A stretch of DNA of 64,000 bases from Anaerolineae bacterium (GCA_034437075.1 DAOTVD010000266.1:11097-75096), one strand, 5' to 3'; positions 1 through 9,741 are shown, numbered from the stretch's first letter. Numbers and translations: made by a program. Notes: generated from the sequence alone by a model not told the origin.

Positions 1-1
1 C

Positions 2-595
2 GCGCGCGCCATCGGCGTCACCGCGCCGGCCATCTACAACTATTTTCCGACGCTGGACGACCTCATCACGGCGCTGATTGTAGATGCCTTCCGCTCGGTT
101 GCTGACACAATGATCGCGACGGCGGACGCGCACGACGACGGCAGCGCGACCTCGCGCATCTTCGCCGCTGGCCTGGCCTATCGGGAGTGGGCGCTCGCGC
201 ATCCGGTGCAGTTCCAACTCATCTACGGGAATCCCATTCCGAACTACAGCGCGCCCGCAGAGGTCACCGCGCCTTTGGCTCGCTTGCCCTTGCACGGCCT
301 GGTGCAAGACTTCCTGCGTGCCCATCAAAACGGCGAATTAACCTTGCCCGATGCGCATGTGCACATCCCCGACGCCGTGCGCGCCGACATCCGGGCCTAT
401 GTAGCATATACCGACGCCGACATCCCCGAAGGTCTGGTGTATACCCTTATGGCCGTTTGGTCCCGCCTGCATGGCATGGTGATGTTGGAACTCTTTCAGC
501 ATCTGACGGCCATCATCCCGCATACTGACGAGTTCTACCGCCATGAACTGGTCAACTTCCTGACATCGCTCAGCATGACGCCGCCAGCGGAGTAA
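2..595 (+). CDS. TetR/AcrR-family transcriptional regulator, 5'-truncated by the window edge
   Basis: The frame of ORF 110..595 stays open to the window start. The upstream in-frame peptide ARAIGVTAPAIYNYFPTLDDLITALIVDAF is a typical TetR HTH/helix-3 signature. Confidence 0.8.
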   Translation, partial: ARAIGVTAPAIYNYFPTLDDLITALIVDAFRSVADTMIATADAHDDGSATSRIFAAGLAYREWALAHPVQFQLIYGNPIPNYSAPAEVTAPLARLPLHGLVQDFLRAHQNGELTLPDAHVHIPDAVRADIRAYVAYTDADIPEGLVYTLMAVWSRLHGMVMLELFQHLTAIIPHTDEFYRHELVNFLTSLSMTPPAE

Positions 596-703
596 CCTCT
601 CCGCATAGCAAGTCCGTTTAATCGAAAACTGCCTATCCAACCTACAAATGGGGTGGAGATGGTCAAGTATTGCCAACCACAGAAACAGAAAGAGGAAACT
701 ATC

Positions 704-1426
704 ATGAATAACCTGAAACGTACCACCGCCATCATCCTGATTATCGAGGGATTGCTCATTTTCGCGCCGACGATCATCTTGGGGGCGGCGATCAACTGGC
801 CCGCCAACCTGGATGCCCCCGCTAGCGAGGTACTCGTCGATATTTACAACGAAGCTGACGCTGTAACCCTCGGCTATTTCTCGTACCTGATTTATTCGAT
901 CTTGTTCTTTCCGGTTATCGCGCTGGCCGTTCGCGTGGCGGCGGGCGATGACGATACGCCCAACCTGTACGTGCGCTTGGCGCTCGGCTTTGCGGCGGTT
1001 TCGGCTCTGGCGCGGAGTATCGGCATTATCCGCTGGTTGGCCGCTATGCCTGCCTTGGCAGAAACCTATAACGCGGCGGATACCAGCCCGGCTACCCGCG
1101 ACGCCATTCTGGTCAGCTATGACATGCTGAACAACTTTGGCGGCGCGATTGGCGAAATCCTGGGCGTGAGCATGTTTGCGTCGCTAGCCATGCTGATGCT
1201 GACGGTTGTTATCTTTCAGCAGCGCGGTTTGCCGCTGTGGACGGGCTATTTCGGGCTCGTATCGGTGGTTATGCTGCTGGTGCCCGCTCTGGAGATTTTC
1301 GGCATCGACCCCGGCGTATTTTTGACCATCAGCGTAGCGGTCGTGCAGTTCTGGTTCCTATTCGTGGGCGGCTATCTTCTGTTTGCGGGTCGCCGCGCCG
1401 AGAAACTGACCCCCGCCACAGCTTAA
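704..1426 (+). CDS. Hypothetical polytopic membrane protein (DUF4386-like)
   Basis: ORF 653..1426. The preferred start is ATG 704, 7 nt after AGAGGA. There are several hydrophobic segments. The TAA stop abuts the end of a MITE copy. Confidence 0.65.
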   Translation: MNNLKRTTAIILIIEGLLIFAPTIILGAAINWPANLDAPASEVLVDIYNEADAVTLGYFSYLIYSILFFPVIALAVRVAAGDDDTPNLYVRLALGFAAVSALARSIGIIRWLAAMPALAETYNAADTSPATRDAILVSYDMLNNFGGAIGEILGVSMFASLAMLMLTVVIFQQRGLPLWTGYFGLVSVVMLLVPALEIFGIDPGVFLTISVAVVQFWFLFVGGYLLFAGRRAEKLTPATA

Positions 1427-1554
1427 GGCTTTCCTAGAAAAATAATTACCCCTCCCCGAACTCGGGGAGGGAGTACTACATGTGCGAGTAAATTCCCTCT
1501 CATATTCGGGGAGAGCTAGAGAGGGGTAAAACAAAAGATGCATCAAATTGGGTC
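1424..1554 (+). repeat. MITE-like element copy A (degenerate, right part missing)
   Basis: It aligns with copies B/C/D from TAAGGCTTTCCTAGAAAAATAATTACCCCTCCCC through GGGGTAAAAC, then diverges. Copy B begins directly after it. Confidence 0.75.
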
Positions 1555-1735
1555 TTAGGCTTTTCCAGAAAAATAATTACCCCTCCCCAGCCCCTCCCCG
1601 AATTCAGGGAGGGGCTATTATGCGCACGAGTAAGTTCTCCCCCCGAATTCGGGGGGAGCTAGAGGGGGGTAAAATCAAGCCGGTATCCTTTTCGACAAAA
1701 GCAAGCGGCCTAGTTAAATACTTGGAAAAGCCTTA
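1555..1735 (+). mobile_element. MITE-like element copy B (about 181 bp, TTA flanks)
   Basis: Termini are TTA|GGCTTTTCCAG ... CTTGGAAAAGCC|TTA. Internal hairpins are GCCCCTCCCCGAATTCAGGGAGGGGC and CCCCCCGAATTCGGGGGG. It is near-identical to 11309..11489 and 43177..43358. Confidence 0.85.
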
Positions 1736-1903
1736 ACAGACTTTTTGGTTCTTTGGGTATATTGCACACAAGGCAGTTTGGGCAGGGGTTGACCTTATCT
1801 TGATCTTTTTTTGAGCCTCGGAGAGCCAAAAATTTTTGATGCATCAGCCTTGCCCCCAAACCGAGATGTTCTATCCGATGTTTGGGCTGAATGTTAGAAT
1901 GAT

Positions 1904-2044
1904 TCACTGACGTTACGCACTCGCTTGGCATCCAAGGGGTTAAAAACCCCTTGTTAACTGATAGCGACCTTTCGTGATCTCTTAACAAGGGGCTTCAGCC
2001 CCTTGAAGAAAGCCGATTTTGATAAGGCTGCGTAAGGTCAGTGA
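1904..2044. repeat. Composite palindromic element upstream of the P-type ATPase
   Basis: Outer inverted repeat: TCACTGACGTTACG (1904-1917) / CGTAAGGTCAGTGA (2031-2044), 13 of 14 matching. Two inner hairpins AAGGGG-loop-CCCCTT. An 11-bp complementarity CCCCTTGTTAA (1947-1957) / TTAACAAGGGG (1982-1992) competes with them. Confidence 0.6.
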
Positions 2045-2137
2045 TGCAGTTCTCCGCGCTTCACTGGTTGAACGAGATACACAGCTTAGCGTGTTGCTTC
2101 CCAAAGCGCTTTATTTTTTCTGCGGAATGTGCGTCTT

Positions 2138-4459
2138 ATGACATCCATGCAAGGCTTATCTTCTATTGAGGTTCAACAGCGTCGCCAAGCGGGGCAAATC
2201 AATGTCATCACCAGTTCGACCAGTCGTGGCTATTTTCGCATCCTTACGGATAATGTTCTAAATTTTCCTAACATCGCCCTTATAACAATTGGCATCGCCT
2301 TGGTTATCCTTGGCCTGCCACAGGATGCTATTTCAACCGCTGGGTTGGTCATTTTCAATATTATTGTCGGCATTGTGCAAGAAGTCCGCACCAAACGCAA
2401 ATTAGATCGTCTTGCGCTTCTCAATCGCCCTACCACGATTGTGCGGCGCGACGGAAACAACCTTGAAATTGATCCTGCTGAGATTGTTCAAGATGATTTA
2501 ATCGTTATCGCTGCCGGCACACAACTGGTCTGCGATGGCACCTTATTGACCCGTACACCGCTTGAAATGGATGAAGCCTTGCTGACAGGCGAATCGGATG
2601 CCATCAGCAAAGAAAAGGGGGATCAACTTTATGCCGGAACGGTTTGTTTGGCCGGTAGTGGTATGTATCAAGCAAGCCATATCGGCGAAAGCACTCGCGC
2701 CGCTAAGCTCACTGCTCGTGCGCGTCAATTTCGTACGGCGCGCACGCCATTACAACAAGACATCCGCAAGATCATCACCGTTGTGGCCATGGCCACAACG
2801 ATTATGGGCGCACTAAACTCGTTAACCTATTACGCCGCAGATTTCACAACCTATATACAATCGCTGGCAGTCATTGTCGGCCTAATACCGCAGGGGCTTA
2901 TTGTTCTGACCACCGTTTCTTATGGGTTAGGCGCGGTGCGGATGGCGAGGCGAAGTGTGCTTGCCCAACAAATGAACGCTATTGAGTCGATGAGCAACAT
3001 TGATGTGTTGTGCACGGACAAAACAGGTACGCTCACCACCAATCAACTGGCTGTGTTTGATATTCAAGCCCAGAACAGCGACCGCGCAGCTTTTGAGGTG
3101 GCCCTTGGCACATTTGCCGCCAGTATCAGCAGCAGCAACCGCACAAATGATGCTTTGCGAAGTGCATTTCCCGCCAATGGAAAGAAGCCACTCGCGGAAG
3201 TACCCTTCACATCTGACCGAAAATGGAGTGGCATTCTGTTAGACGACGGTGCATATATTCTCGCAGCGCCAGAAGTTATCAAGGCCCCCTTGCCAAGCAC
3301 TATCGAACAATGGATGCAAGACGGTCTACGTGTAGTCGTTTTGGGGATTGCATACCATGCCCAAGCGCTACAAACCTTGCCAGACGACATCACGCCGCTT
3401 GGGTTTATCGCGTTGCGAGACGAATTGCGCCCAGATGTTGCCCCAACCTTACAAGACTTTCGCCAGGCAGGCGTTATGCTAAAAATTCTAAGCGGCGATA
3501 ATCCGCAATCGGTATACGCCTTGGCGACCAAGGCAGGCTTTCCAAAAGGGCACAAAGTCATCAGTGGCTATGATCTTGATGCCATCAGTGATGATGCAAT
3601 ATTTCAGCAAGTCGTTGAAGAAACAGCTATTTTTGGGCGAATTACCCCCCATCAAAAAGAACGGATTATCCAAGCGCTGCAAGCAAATGGCCATTACGTA
3701 GCGATGGTTGGGGATGGTGTCAACGATGTTGTTGCGCTCAAACAGGCTGACCTGAGCATTGCCCTGCAAAGTGGTGCGACGGCAGCGCGTAGTATTGCCG
3801 ATATTGTTCTTTTGGGAGATGACTTTCAGACATTGCCCAGCATTTTGGTGGAAGGGCAACGTATTCTAAATGGCATGTTCGACACGATGCGCTTATTGCT
3901 CAGCCGCACATTGTATACAAGCCTGCTGATTCTTGGGGTATGGCTGCTACAATTACCTTTTCCCTTTTTGCCGCGTCATGATGTATTGATTTCTTTTATC
4001 AATGCAGGGTTGCCACCCATCATCTTGGCTTTGTATGCTGTTGGGGGTGTATCTACGCACAATCGCATTTCCACCTTGGCGCGCTTCATACTACCAACCG
4101 CGCTGGCAGTTACATTATTTGCTCTGCCAATCTATGCCCTGTCCTATCACATTGAGAATGATCTCTTATATGCCCGTAGTACATTAGTGACCTTTTTGAC
4201 CATGGTGGGTATCTTGTTGATCGCATTCTTAGATGCGCCGCTGGGTAACCCTAAACAACGCCGCCACAACCTAGGCAGGGCTATGCTGGCGAGTGCAACC
4301 TTGATGATTCTTATCCTGGTGTGGCAGCCTATGCGCGACTTTTTCGCCTTAACCATTCTCCCTGCGCCGACCTATGGGCTTCTCTTTGGGTTGGCTGTGC
4401 TCTGGGGCATCTGCTTGTATAGTGTAAAACCCCTGTTCAAGCCTGGGCATTCTCCTTAA
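2138..4459 (+). CDS. Cation-translocating P-type ATPase (HAD superfamily)
   Basis: ORF 2129..4459 (GTG 2129 or ATG 2138). Motifs: LTGESDAI (TGES), CTDKTGTLTTN (phosphorylation site), MVGDGVNDVVALKQADLSIA (hinge). TM helices at both ends. No N-terminal metal-binding domain. Confidence 0.9.
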   Translation: MTSMQGLSSIEVQQRRQAGQINVITSSTSRGYFRILTDNVLNFPNIALITIGIALVILGLPQDAISTAGLVIFNIIVGIVQEVRTKRKLDRLALLNRPTTIVRRDGNNLEIDPAEIVQDDLIVIAAGTQLVCDGTLLTRTPLEMDEALLTGESDAISKEKGDQLYAGTVCLAGSGMYQASHIGESTRAAKLTARARQFRTARTPLQQDIRKIITVVAMATTIMGALNSLTYYAADFTTYIQSLAVIVGLIPQGLIVLTTVSYGLGAVRMARRSVLAQQMNAIESMSNIDVLCTDKTGTLTTNQLAVFDIQAQNSDRAAFEVALGTFAASISSSNRTNDALRSAFPANGKKPLAEVPFTSDRKWSGILLDDGAYILAAPEVIKAPLPSTIEQWMQDGLRVVVLGIAYHAQALQTLPDDITPLGFIALRDELRPDVAPTLQDFRQAGVMLKILSGDNPQSVYALATKAGFPKGHKVISGYDLDAISDDAIFQQVVEETAIFGRITPHQKERIIQALQANGHYVAMVGDGVNDVVALKQADLSIALQSGATAARSIADIVLLGDDFQTLPSILVEGQRILNGMFDTMRLLLSRTLYTSLLILGVWLLQLPFPFLPRHDVLISFINAGLPPIILALYAVGGVSTHNRISTLARFILPTALAVTLFALPIYALSYHIENDLLYARSTLVTFLTMVGILLIAFLDAPLGNPKQRRHNLGRAMLASATLMILILVWQPMRDFFALTILPAPTYGLLFGLAVLWGICLYSVKPLFKPGHSP

Positions 4460-4465
4460 AATCAG

Positions 4466-5206
4466 GTGCACACCTATGCAGGAGACAATACCTTGACAGC
4501 CACCTCAGTTTCTCGCGCTCGGCAGCTTGCAGCATGGCTCGTACATCTCTATACCATTAGTGGCGGTCTGGTTGCTACCTGGGGGTTTATTGAAGCGCTC
4601 GATGGTGATATCCGCATTGGTTTTCTGCTCATCATCCTTAGCCGTTTGATTGACGCGACAGATGGTTTATTAGCCCGCGCCGTTGATGTTCGCACAGCCT
4701 TGCCCAACTTCAATGGCAGTAATGTCGATAACCTCATCGACATTTATACGTATATGTGGATACCCGTTGTTCTGATGTGGTCAGAAAATGTCTTGCCCAG
4801 TAATTTATGGCTGGCCGCGCCAATTATGGGCACCCTTTATGTCTATGGCCAAGAAAATATGAAAAGCGACGATTACTTCTTTGTGGGTTTTCCGGCCTTG
4901 TGGGGTACGGTGCTCATCTATATGGTCTATCTGGAGCCATCATCGCTTGTCGCTGTTTTATGTGTGCTTATCCCCTCTATTTTGAGCTTCATTCCATTTA
5001 AATATCTGTATTTCACACAAAATCGGTTCTTACGCATACCGGGCTACATTTTATCTGGGCTTTGGGTTTTGCTATGGCTTTATATCTTGCTAAACCCGCC
5101 CGTTGATACCACCTTAGTTTGGCTCAGTCTTTTCTATCCGGTGTTTTATATGGCCGGTAGCTTATTGGCCACGTACAAGTTCCGTGTTGTGTCTTTTTTG
5201 GCTTGA
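4466..5206 (+). CDS. pcs: Phosphatidylcholine synthase-like CDP-alcohol phosphatidyltransferase
   Basis: DATDGLLARAVDVRTALPNFNGSNVDNLIDIYTY fits the D-G-x2-A-R-x12-G-x3-D-x3-D spacing typical of Pcs. MKSDDYFFVGFPALW resembles rhizobial Pcs MKTDEYFFSGFPVVW. Polytopic, about 246 aa, 6 nt after the ATPase stop. Confidence 0.75.
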   Translation: MHTYAGDNTLTATSVSRARQLAAWLVHLYTISGGLVATWGFIEALDGDIRIGFLLIILSRLIDATDGLLARAVDVRTALPNFNGSNVDNLIDIYTYMWIPVVLMWSENVLPSNLWLAAPIMGTLYVYGQENMKSDDYFFVGFPALWGTVLIYMVYLEPSSLVAVLCVLIPSILSFIPFKYLYFTQNRFLRIPGYILSGLWVLLWLYILLNPPVDTTLVWLSLFYPVFYMAGSLLATYKFRVVSFLA

Positions 5207-5394
5207 ATACGCTATGTATAGTGGCCACATTCGGGATGCAATCGCAGTCCCGCGCCACGTCCGACCTATGCAAGGATGAGGATACCCTATTTAGGAAAAA
5301 TTTTTTACAATATAGTCAGCAAGGTGCACTTATGTCCCAAACACGGGACGACCATCCATAACCGTGGGTGTATTTGGGGAGAAGATTATTTGCG

Positions 5395-6639
5395 ATGTGG
5401 CGCGTTTGGGTAATTTTACTCATTGGGGCTGGGGTAAGTTTATTGGTTGCCCTGGTCACTTACCAGCAAGAACGCACAGAACCGATCCAGGTTGGGGTGT
5501 TGCATTCACTCTCAGGCACAATGGCCCTCAGCGAAAGCTCGGTTGTTGATGCCAGCTTGCTGGCTATTGAGGAAATCAATGCCAATGGGGGTGTGTTAGG
5601 CCGCCCACTGGAAGCTGTGGTCGTAGATGGCCAGTCGGATTGGGCTTTGTTCGCCAGCGAGGCCGAGCGTCTGATTACCGAAGAAGATGTGGCCGTTATT
5701 TTTGGTTGTTGGACGTCTGCCTGCCGCAAAACCGTTTTGCCTGTGTTTGAACAAACCAATCATCTGTTGATCTACCCCGTTCAATACGAAGGGCTAGAGC
5801 AATCCCCCAACATTATCTACACAGGCGCGGCCCCCAACCAGCAGATCACCCCGGCGGTTAACTGGGCGTTGGATAACCTGGGGACCCGCTTCTTTTTAGT
5901 GGGGTCAGATTATGTTTTCCCCCACACCGCTAACGCGATCATCCAAGACCAGGTGCGCTCTTTGCAAGGGCAGATTGTGGGTGAAGCTTATATCCTGTTA
6001 GGCAGTGCCGCAGTGGAAGACGTCGTGGCCGAGATTGTGGCGACTCAGCCGGATGTTATTCTGAATACCATCAATGGCGATACCAACGTGGCGTTTTTTC
6101 GGGCCTTGCGCCAAGCGGGCATTACACCTCAGGATATCCCGACGATCTCCTTCAGCATAGCCGAACCAGAGCTACAAACGCTAGAATTGCAAGACATGGC
6201 CGGGGATTATGCCGCCTGGAACTACTTTCAGAGCCTGGACAGCCCGCAAAATCGGCGCTTTGTCGCGGCCTTTCAGGCGCGTTATGGCGCCGAGCGCGTC
6301 ATCAGCGACCCCATGGAGGCGGCTTATTTTGGGGTTCATCTGTGGGCGCAGGCAGTGGAAGCCAGCGGTACAACGCAGGTCGAGCAGGTACGGCGGGCGA
6401 TGTTGGCCCAAAGCTTTGATGCCCCCCAGGGGATTGTCTATGTCGATCCGCAAACCCAACACACCTGGAGGACGGTCCGCATTGGGCAGATTCGCCCCGA
6501 CGGACAGTTCGACATCGTGTGGAGTTCCGAAACACCCGTGCGCCCAGTCCCTTACCCCGCCTACCGCACCCGTCCAGAGTGGGAAACTTTTCTGGATGCG
6601 CTGTTTGTGCAATGGAACCGCAACTGGGCCAATGAATAA
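5395..6639 (+). CDS. Membrane-anchored UrtA/AmiC-family (urea/short-amide type) periplasmic binding protein
   Basis: ORF 5368..6639. ATG 5395 follows GGGGAGAAG. It has an N-terminal TM segment (WRVWVILLIGAGVSLLVALV). IQVGVLHSLSGTMALSE...EEINANGGVLGRPLE...IFGCWTSACRK...YPVQYEG is characteristic of UrtA/AmiC-type binding proteins. Confidence 0.8.
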   Translation: MWRVWVILLIGAGVSLLVALVTYQQERTEPIQVGVLHSLSGTMALSESSVVDASLLAIEEINANGGVLGRPLEAVVVDGQSDWALFASEAERLITEEDVAVIFGCWTSACRKTVLPVFEQTNHLLIYPVQYEGLEQSPNIIYTGAAPNQQITPAVNWALDNLGTRFFLVGSDYVFPHTANAIIQDQVRSLQGQIVGEAYILLGSAAVEDVVAEIVATQPDVILNTINGDTNVAFFRALRQAGITPQDIPTISFSIAEPELQTLELQDMAGDYAAWNYFQSLDSPQNRRFVAAFQARYGAERVISDPMEAAYFGVHLWAQAVEASGTTQVEQVRRAMLAQSFDAPQGIVYVDPQTQHTWRTVRIGQIRPDGQFDIVWSSETPVRPVPYPAYRTRPEWETFLDALFVQWNRNWANE

Positions 6640-6655
6640 AGGGGACGCACCTTAA

Positions 6656-9600
6656 ATGCTCGCTCGGCTGACGTCTCGTATTGCGTATCGTTTGTTGCTC
6701 TGGTTTTTGCTTTTGGCCTTGGTGCCGCTGTTTTTTGTCACCACCTTACTTTTTGGTCTTTCGCAGCGTGCGCAGGAACAGCTGGTAACCGATAACCTGA
6801 CCGCCATTGCCAACAGTAAAGTACAGCAGATTGAAACCTACGTGCTAGAACGCCAGCGGGATGTCAGTAGCTTGGCTTTGCTGCCCGATGTGGCGGAGGC
6901 GACCATTACGCTAAACAGCTTGGCCCGCGAAGCCGATACTACCAGCGCTGCCTACGCGGAAACCACGGCTGTGCTGGATGCTTTGCTGCTGTACTATCAG
7001 CAACAGATTGGTTATGAGAACGTGCTGTTGTTCTCGGATGATGACGTGTTACTGTTCTCGCTGCGGCCCTCGCCCCAATTGGGCCAGCGCTACAGCGATT
7101 TTCCCCAAGCCAACCCCGAACTGCTGCGCGCGCTGGAAAACGCCCGCACCCTGCTGGAAACCGACCTTTCTAACTTCACCGAAACCATCGACGGCGACCC
7201 GGTGGCTTATATCGCCGCTCCGATTCTGACCGAGGGCGTGGTGGTCGGCGTGGTGGTGATTGAGATCAACCAGGATGAACTTTTTCAGGTGGTGACGGAG
7301 CGCACCAGCCTGGGCGAAACAGGCGAAACGCTGGTGGGCTTGCAAGTCGGGGAGCAATTGCTCGTCACCGCGCCGCTCTACCACGAACCCGACGCGGCCT
7401 TCCAAAAAACGCTGGCGCTAGATTCCCCAACCGCCTTTGCCCTGGCGCAGGCCGTCCGGGGGATTCAAGGCCAGGGCGAAACCGAAGATTATCGCCAACA
7501 ACCCGTAGTGGCCGCCTGGCGCTACCTACCCTCGTTGCGCTGGGGCATGGTGGTAAAGCTAGATCAAAACGAAGCCTATGCTGCCTTGGACGACCAACGC
7601 CGCATAACGTTCGGGCTAGGCGCCTTGACCCTGTTGGTGGTGGTGCTGGCGACGGTGACGGTCGCGCGTACGTTCTCCAAACCCATCACCAGCCTCAGCG
7701 AGGCGGTGTTGGCCTTTCGTCAGGGCCACTTGGGGGCGCGGGCCAACCTGCGCCAACGCGATGAGATCGGGCTATTGGGAGAGAGCTTTAACCAGATGGC
7801 CGACCAGATCGCCAACCAGGTGCAAACCCTGGAAGCCGAAGTGGCCGCCCGCACCGAAGCCTTGCAAGTGAGCAATCACCAGCTTAGCACTATCGCGGCA
7901 GTTTCGCAGGAGGTGTCTCGGTTGAGCGACCCGCAAGACCTGTTGCCGCTTATCGCCACGACCGTGCAGCGCCAGTTTGGCTTTCAGCAGGTGGTCATCT
8001 ATCGTGCTGAGGGCGACCAATTGCATTTAGCAGCAATGGCGGGCCCGTCCACACCCGCAGATTCGGACCAAAGTATTGGGCTGGATGCGCCCGGATTTAT
8101 TGCGGATGCGGCCCGCGCGCGGCAGCATCAATTACGGCACAGCGACACTACCGCCGAGCTAGTGCTGCCTCTGGTGAGAGAAGATACGCTGTTAGGGATT
8201 TTGCATATTTTAACGCAGCATTCCGGCGAATTGACCGAAGAAACCGTCCCCAACTTTCGGGTTATGGCGCAACAACTGACGGCGGCTTTGGTAAATGCGC
8301 AGCTTTACCAACAAACACAAGCCTACGCCGAAGACATGGCCCAGGCTCGCCAGGCTGCCGACGAAGCCAACCGCGCCAAGAGCACCTTTTTATCCAACAT
8401 GAGCCACGAATTGCGCACCCCGTTGAATGCCATCATCGGTTTTAGCCAGGTGATGCAACGCGACAACGTCCTAACCCGCACCCAAACCGAACACCTGGAT
8501 ATCATCTTGCGCAGTGGGGAGCACCTGCTGAGCTTGATTAATGATGTGCTGGAAATGTCGAAGATCGAAGCCGGGCGCACGACGCTCAACGAATCGGCCT
8601 TTGATTTGCATTTGTTGTTGCAGAATATTGCTGAGATATTTCGCATCCAGGCCGAAGCCCAAACGCTGCAATGGATCTGCGACTACAACACCGACCATCT
8701 GCCCCAGTATGTGTGGTCCGATGAGGGCAAGCTGCGCCAGATTCTCATTAATCTGGTGGGCAATGCTTTCAAGTTTACCCAAGAGGGCGGCGTTACCCTG
8801 CGTCTGGCCTATCAACCCGAGGGGCACCTATTGATGGCGGAGGTAGAAGACACGGGCTCTGGCATCGGGGCCGAAGAAATCAAATACTTATTTGAGCCCT
8901 TTATGCAGACTACCAGCGGGCGCAAATCGCAAGAGGGTACGGGGCTGGGCCTAGCCATCAGTCGCCAGTTCGTGCAACTGATGGGCGGGGATATTCAGGT
9001 TAACAGCCAGCCCGGCGTCGGCACGCTCTTTAAGTTCTCGGTCGTCGTGCGCGAAGGCCAGGCCCAAGATGTAAAAACCGAACACAAGCGGCGCGTAAAA
9101 GCCCTGAAAACCAACCAGACCTACAAAATGCTGGTGGTGGATGACCGCGCCGATAATCGCCGTCTACTACGCGAGTGGCTCTCCTCCGTTGGTCTGGCTG
9201 TGCAAGAAGCCGAAAACGGCCAAGAGGCGATTGAAATGTGGGAGACCTGGTCGCCCCATATGATCTGGATGGATATGCGCATGCCCGTGATGGATGGTTA
9301 CGAAGCCACGCGCCGGATCAAGCAAACAACCCATGGCATGGCAACGGTGATTATTGCCTTTACCGCCAGCGCTTTTGAGCACGAACAAAATATTGTGCTA
9401 TCGGCGGGGTGTGATGACTTCGTGCGTAAGCCCGCGCGGGAATCAGAAATTTTTGAGATGATCGCCAAACACCTGGGCGTTGAGCTAATTTATGAAGAAG
9501 AACCCGCCCCCACCCCCGCTGACACGCCGCTGAACGACGCCACTATTATGGCTCAACTACAACAGCTATCCCCCGGCCTGCGCGCGGCTTTGCTAGAAGC

Positions 9601-9730
9601 CGCCGAAAGTATCGACACCGCCGAAACTGCGCGGTTAATTCAACAAATCGATGATCCCGCGCTAGCCCACGCCCTGACGGACGCAGCAGAAAACTTTCGT
9701 TTCGACCTGCTGCAAACCTGGTTATCTTGA
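6656..9730 (+). CDS. Hybrid sensor histidine kinase (TM - extracytoplasmic domain - TM - HAMP - GAF - HisKA - HATPase - REC)
   Basis: Two TM segments flank a sensor domain of about 290 aa. HAMP (SKPITSLSEAVLAFRQG...DEIGLLGESFNQMADQI), H-box SHELRTPLN, G-boxes (DTGSGIG, GTGLGLAI), receiver (VVDDRADNRRLL...DMRMPVMDGYEA). It starts 16 nt after the binding-protein stop. Confidence 0.9.
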   Translation: MLARLTSRIAYRLLLWFLLLALVPLFFVTTLLFGLSQRAQEQLVTDNLTAIANSKVQQIETYVLERQRDVSSLALLPDVAEATITLNSLAREADTTSAAYAETTAVLDALLLYYQQQIGYENVLLFSDDDVLLFSLRPSPQLGQRYSDFPQANPELLRALENARTLLETDLSNFTETIDGDPVAYIAAPILTEGVVVGVVVIEINQDELFQVVTERTSLGETGETLVGLQVGEQLLVTAPLYHEPDAAFQKTLALDSPTAFALAQAVRGIQGQGETEDYRQQPVVAAWRYLPSLRWGMVVKLDQNEAYAALDDQRRITFGLGALTLLVVVLATVTVARTFSKPITSLSEAVLAFRQGHLGARANLRQRDEIGLLGESFNQMADQIANQVQTLEAEVAARTEALQVSNHQLSTIAAVSQEVSRLSDPQDLLPLIATTVQRQFGFQQVVIYRAEGDQLHLAAMAGPSTPADSDQSIGLDAPGFIADAARARQHQLRHSDTTAELVLPLVREDTLLGILHILTQHSGELTEETVPNFRVMAQQLTAALVNAQLYQQTQAYAEDMAQARQAADEANRAKSTFLSNMSHELRTPLNAIIGFSQVMQRDNVLTRTQTEHLDIILRSGEHLLSLINDVLEMSKIEAGRTTLNESAFDLHLLLQNIAEIFRIQAEAQTLQWICDYNTDHLPQYVWSDEGKLRQILINLVGNAFKFTQEGGVTLRLAYQPEGHLLMAEVEDTGSGIGAEEIKYLFEPFMQTTSGRKSQEGTGLGLAISRQFVQLMGGDIQVNSQPGVGTLFKFSVVVREGQAQDVKTEHKRRVKALKTNQTYKMLVVDDRADNRRLLREWLSSVGLAVQEAENGQEAIEMWETWSPHMIWMDMRMPVMDGYEATRRIKQTTHGMATVIIAFTASAFEHEQNIVLSAGCDDFVRKPARESEIFEMIAKHLGVELIYEEEPAPTPADTPLNDATIMAQLQQLSPGLRAALLEAAESIDTAETARLIQQIDDPALAHALTDAAENFRFDLLQTWLS

Positions 9731-9741
9731 TAGAGAGAACA

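Noticed and set aside
1548-1736. Conserved 62-68-codon ORFs inside the repeats (1548..1736, 11284..11490, and the equivalent region at 43180-43350).
   Set aside because: They are conserved because the DNA repeat is conserved. They span hairpin palindromes and terminal inverted repeats, and they lack an RBS. The copies differ by indels that a coding sequence would not tolerate.
1740-2137. A known metal riboswitch (M-box or yybP-ykoY) upstream of the P-type ATPase.
   Set aside because: I could not find the conserved cores of either class. The only structure seen is the nested palindrome reported separately.
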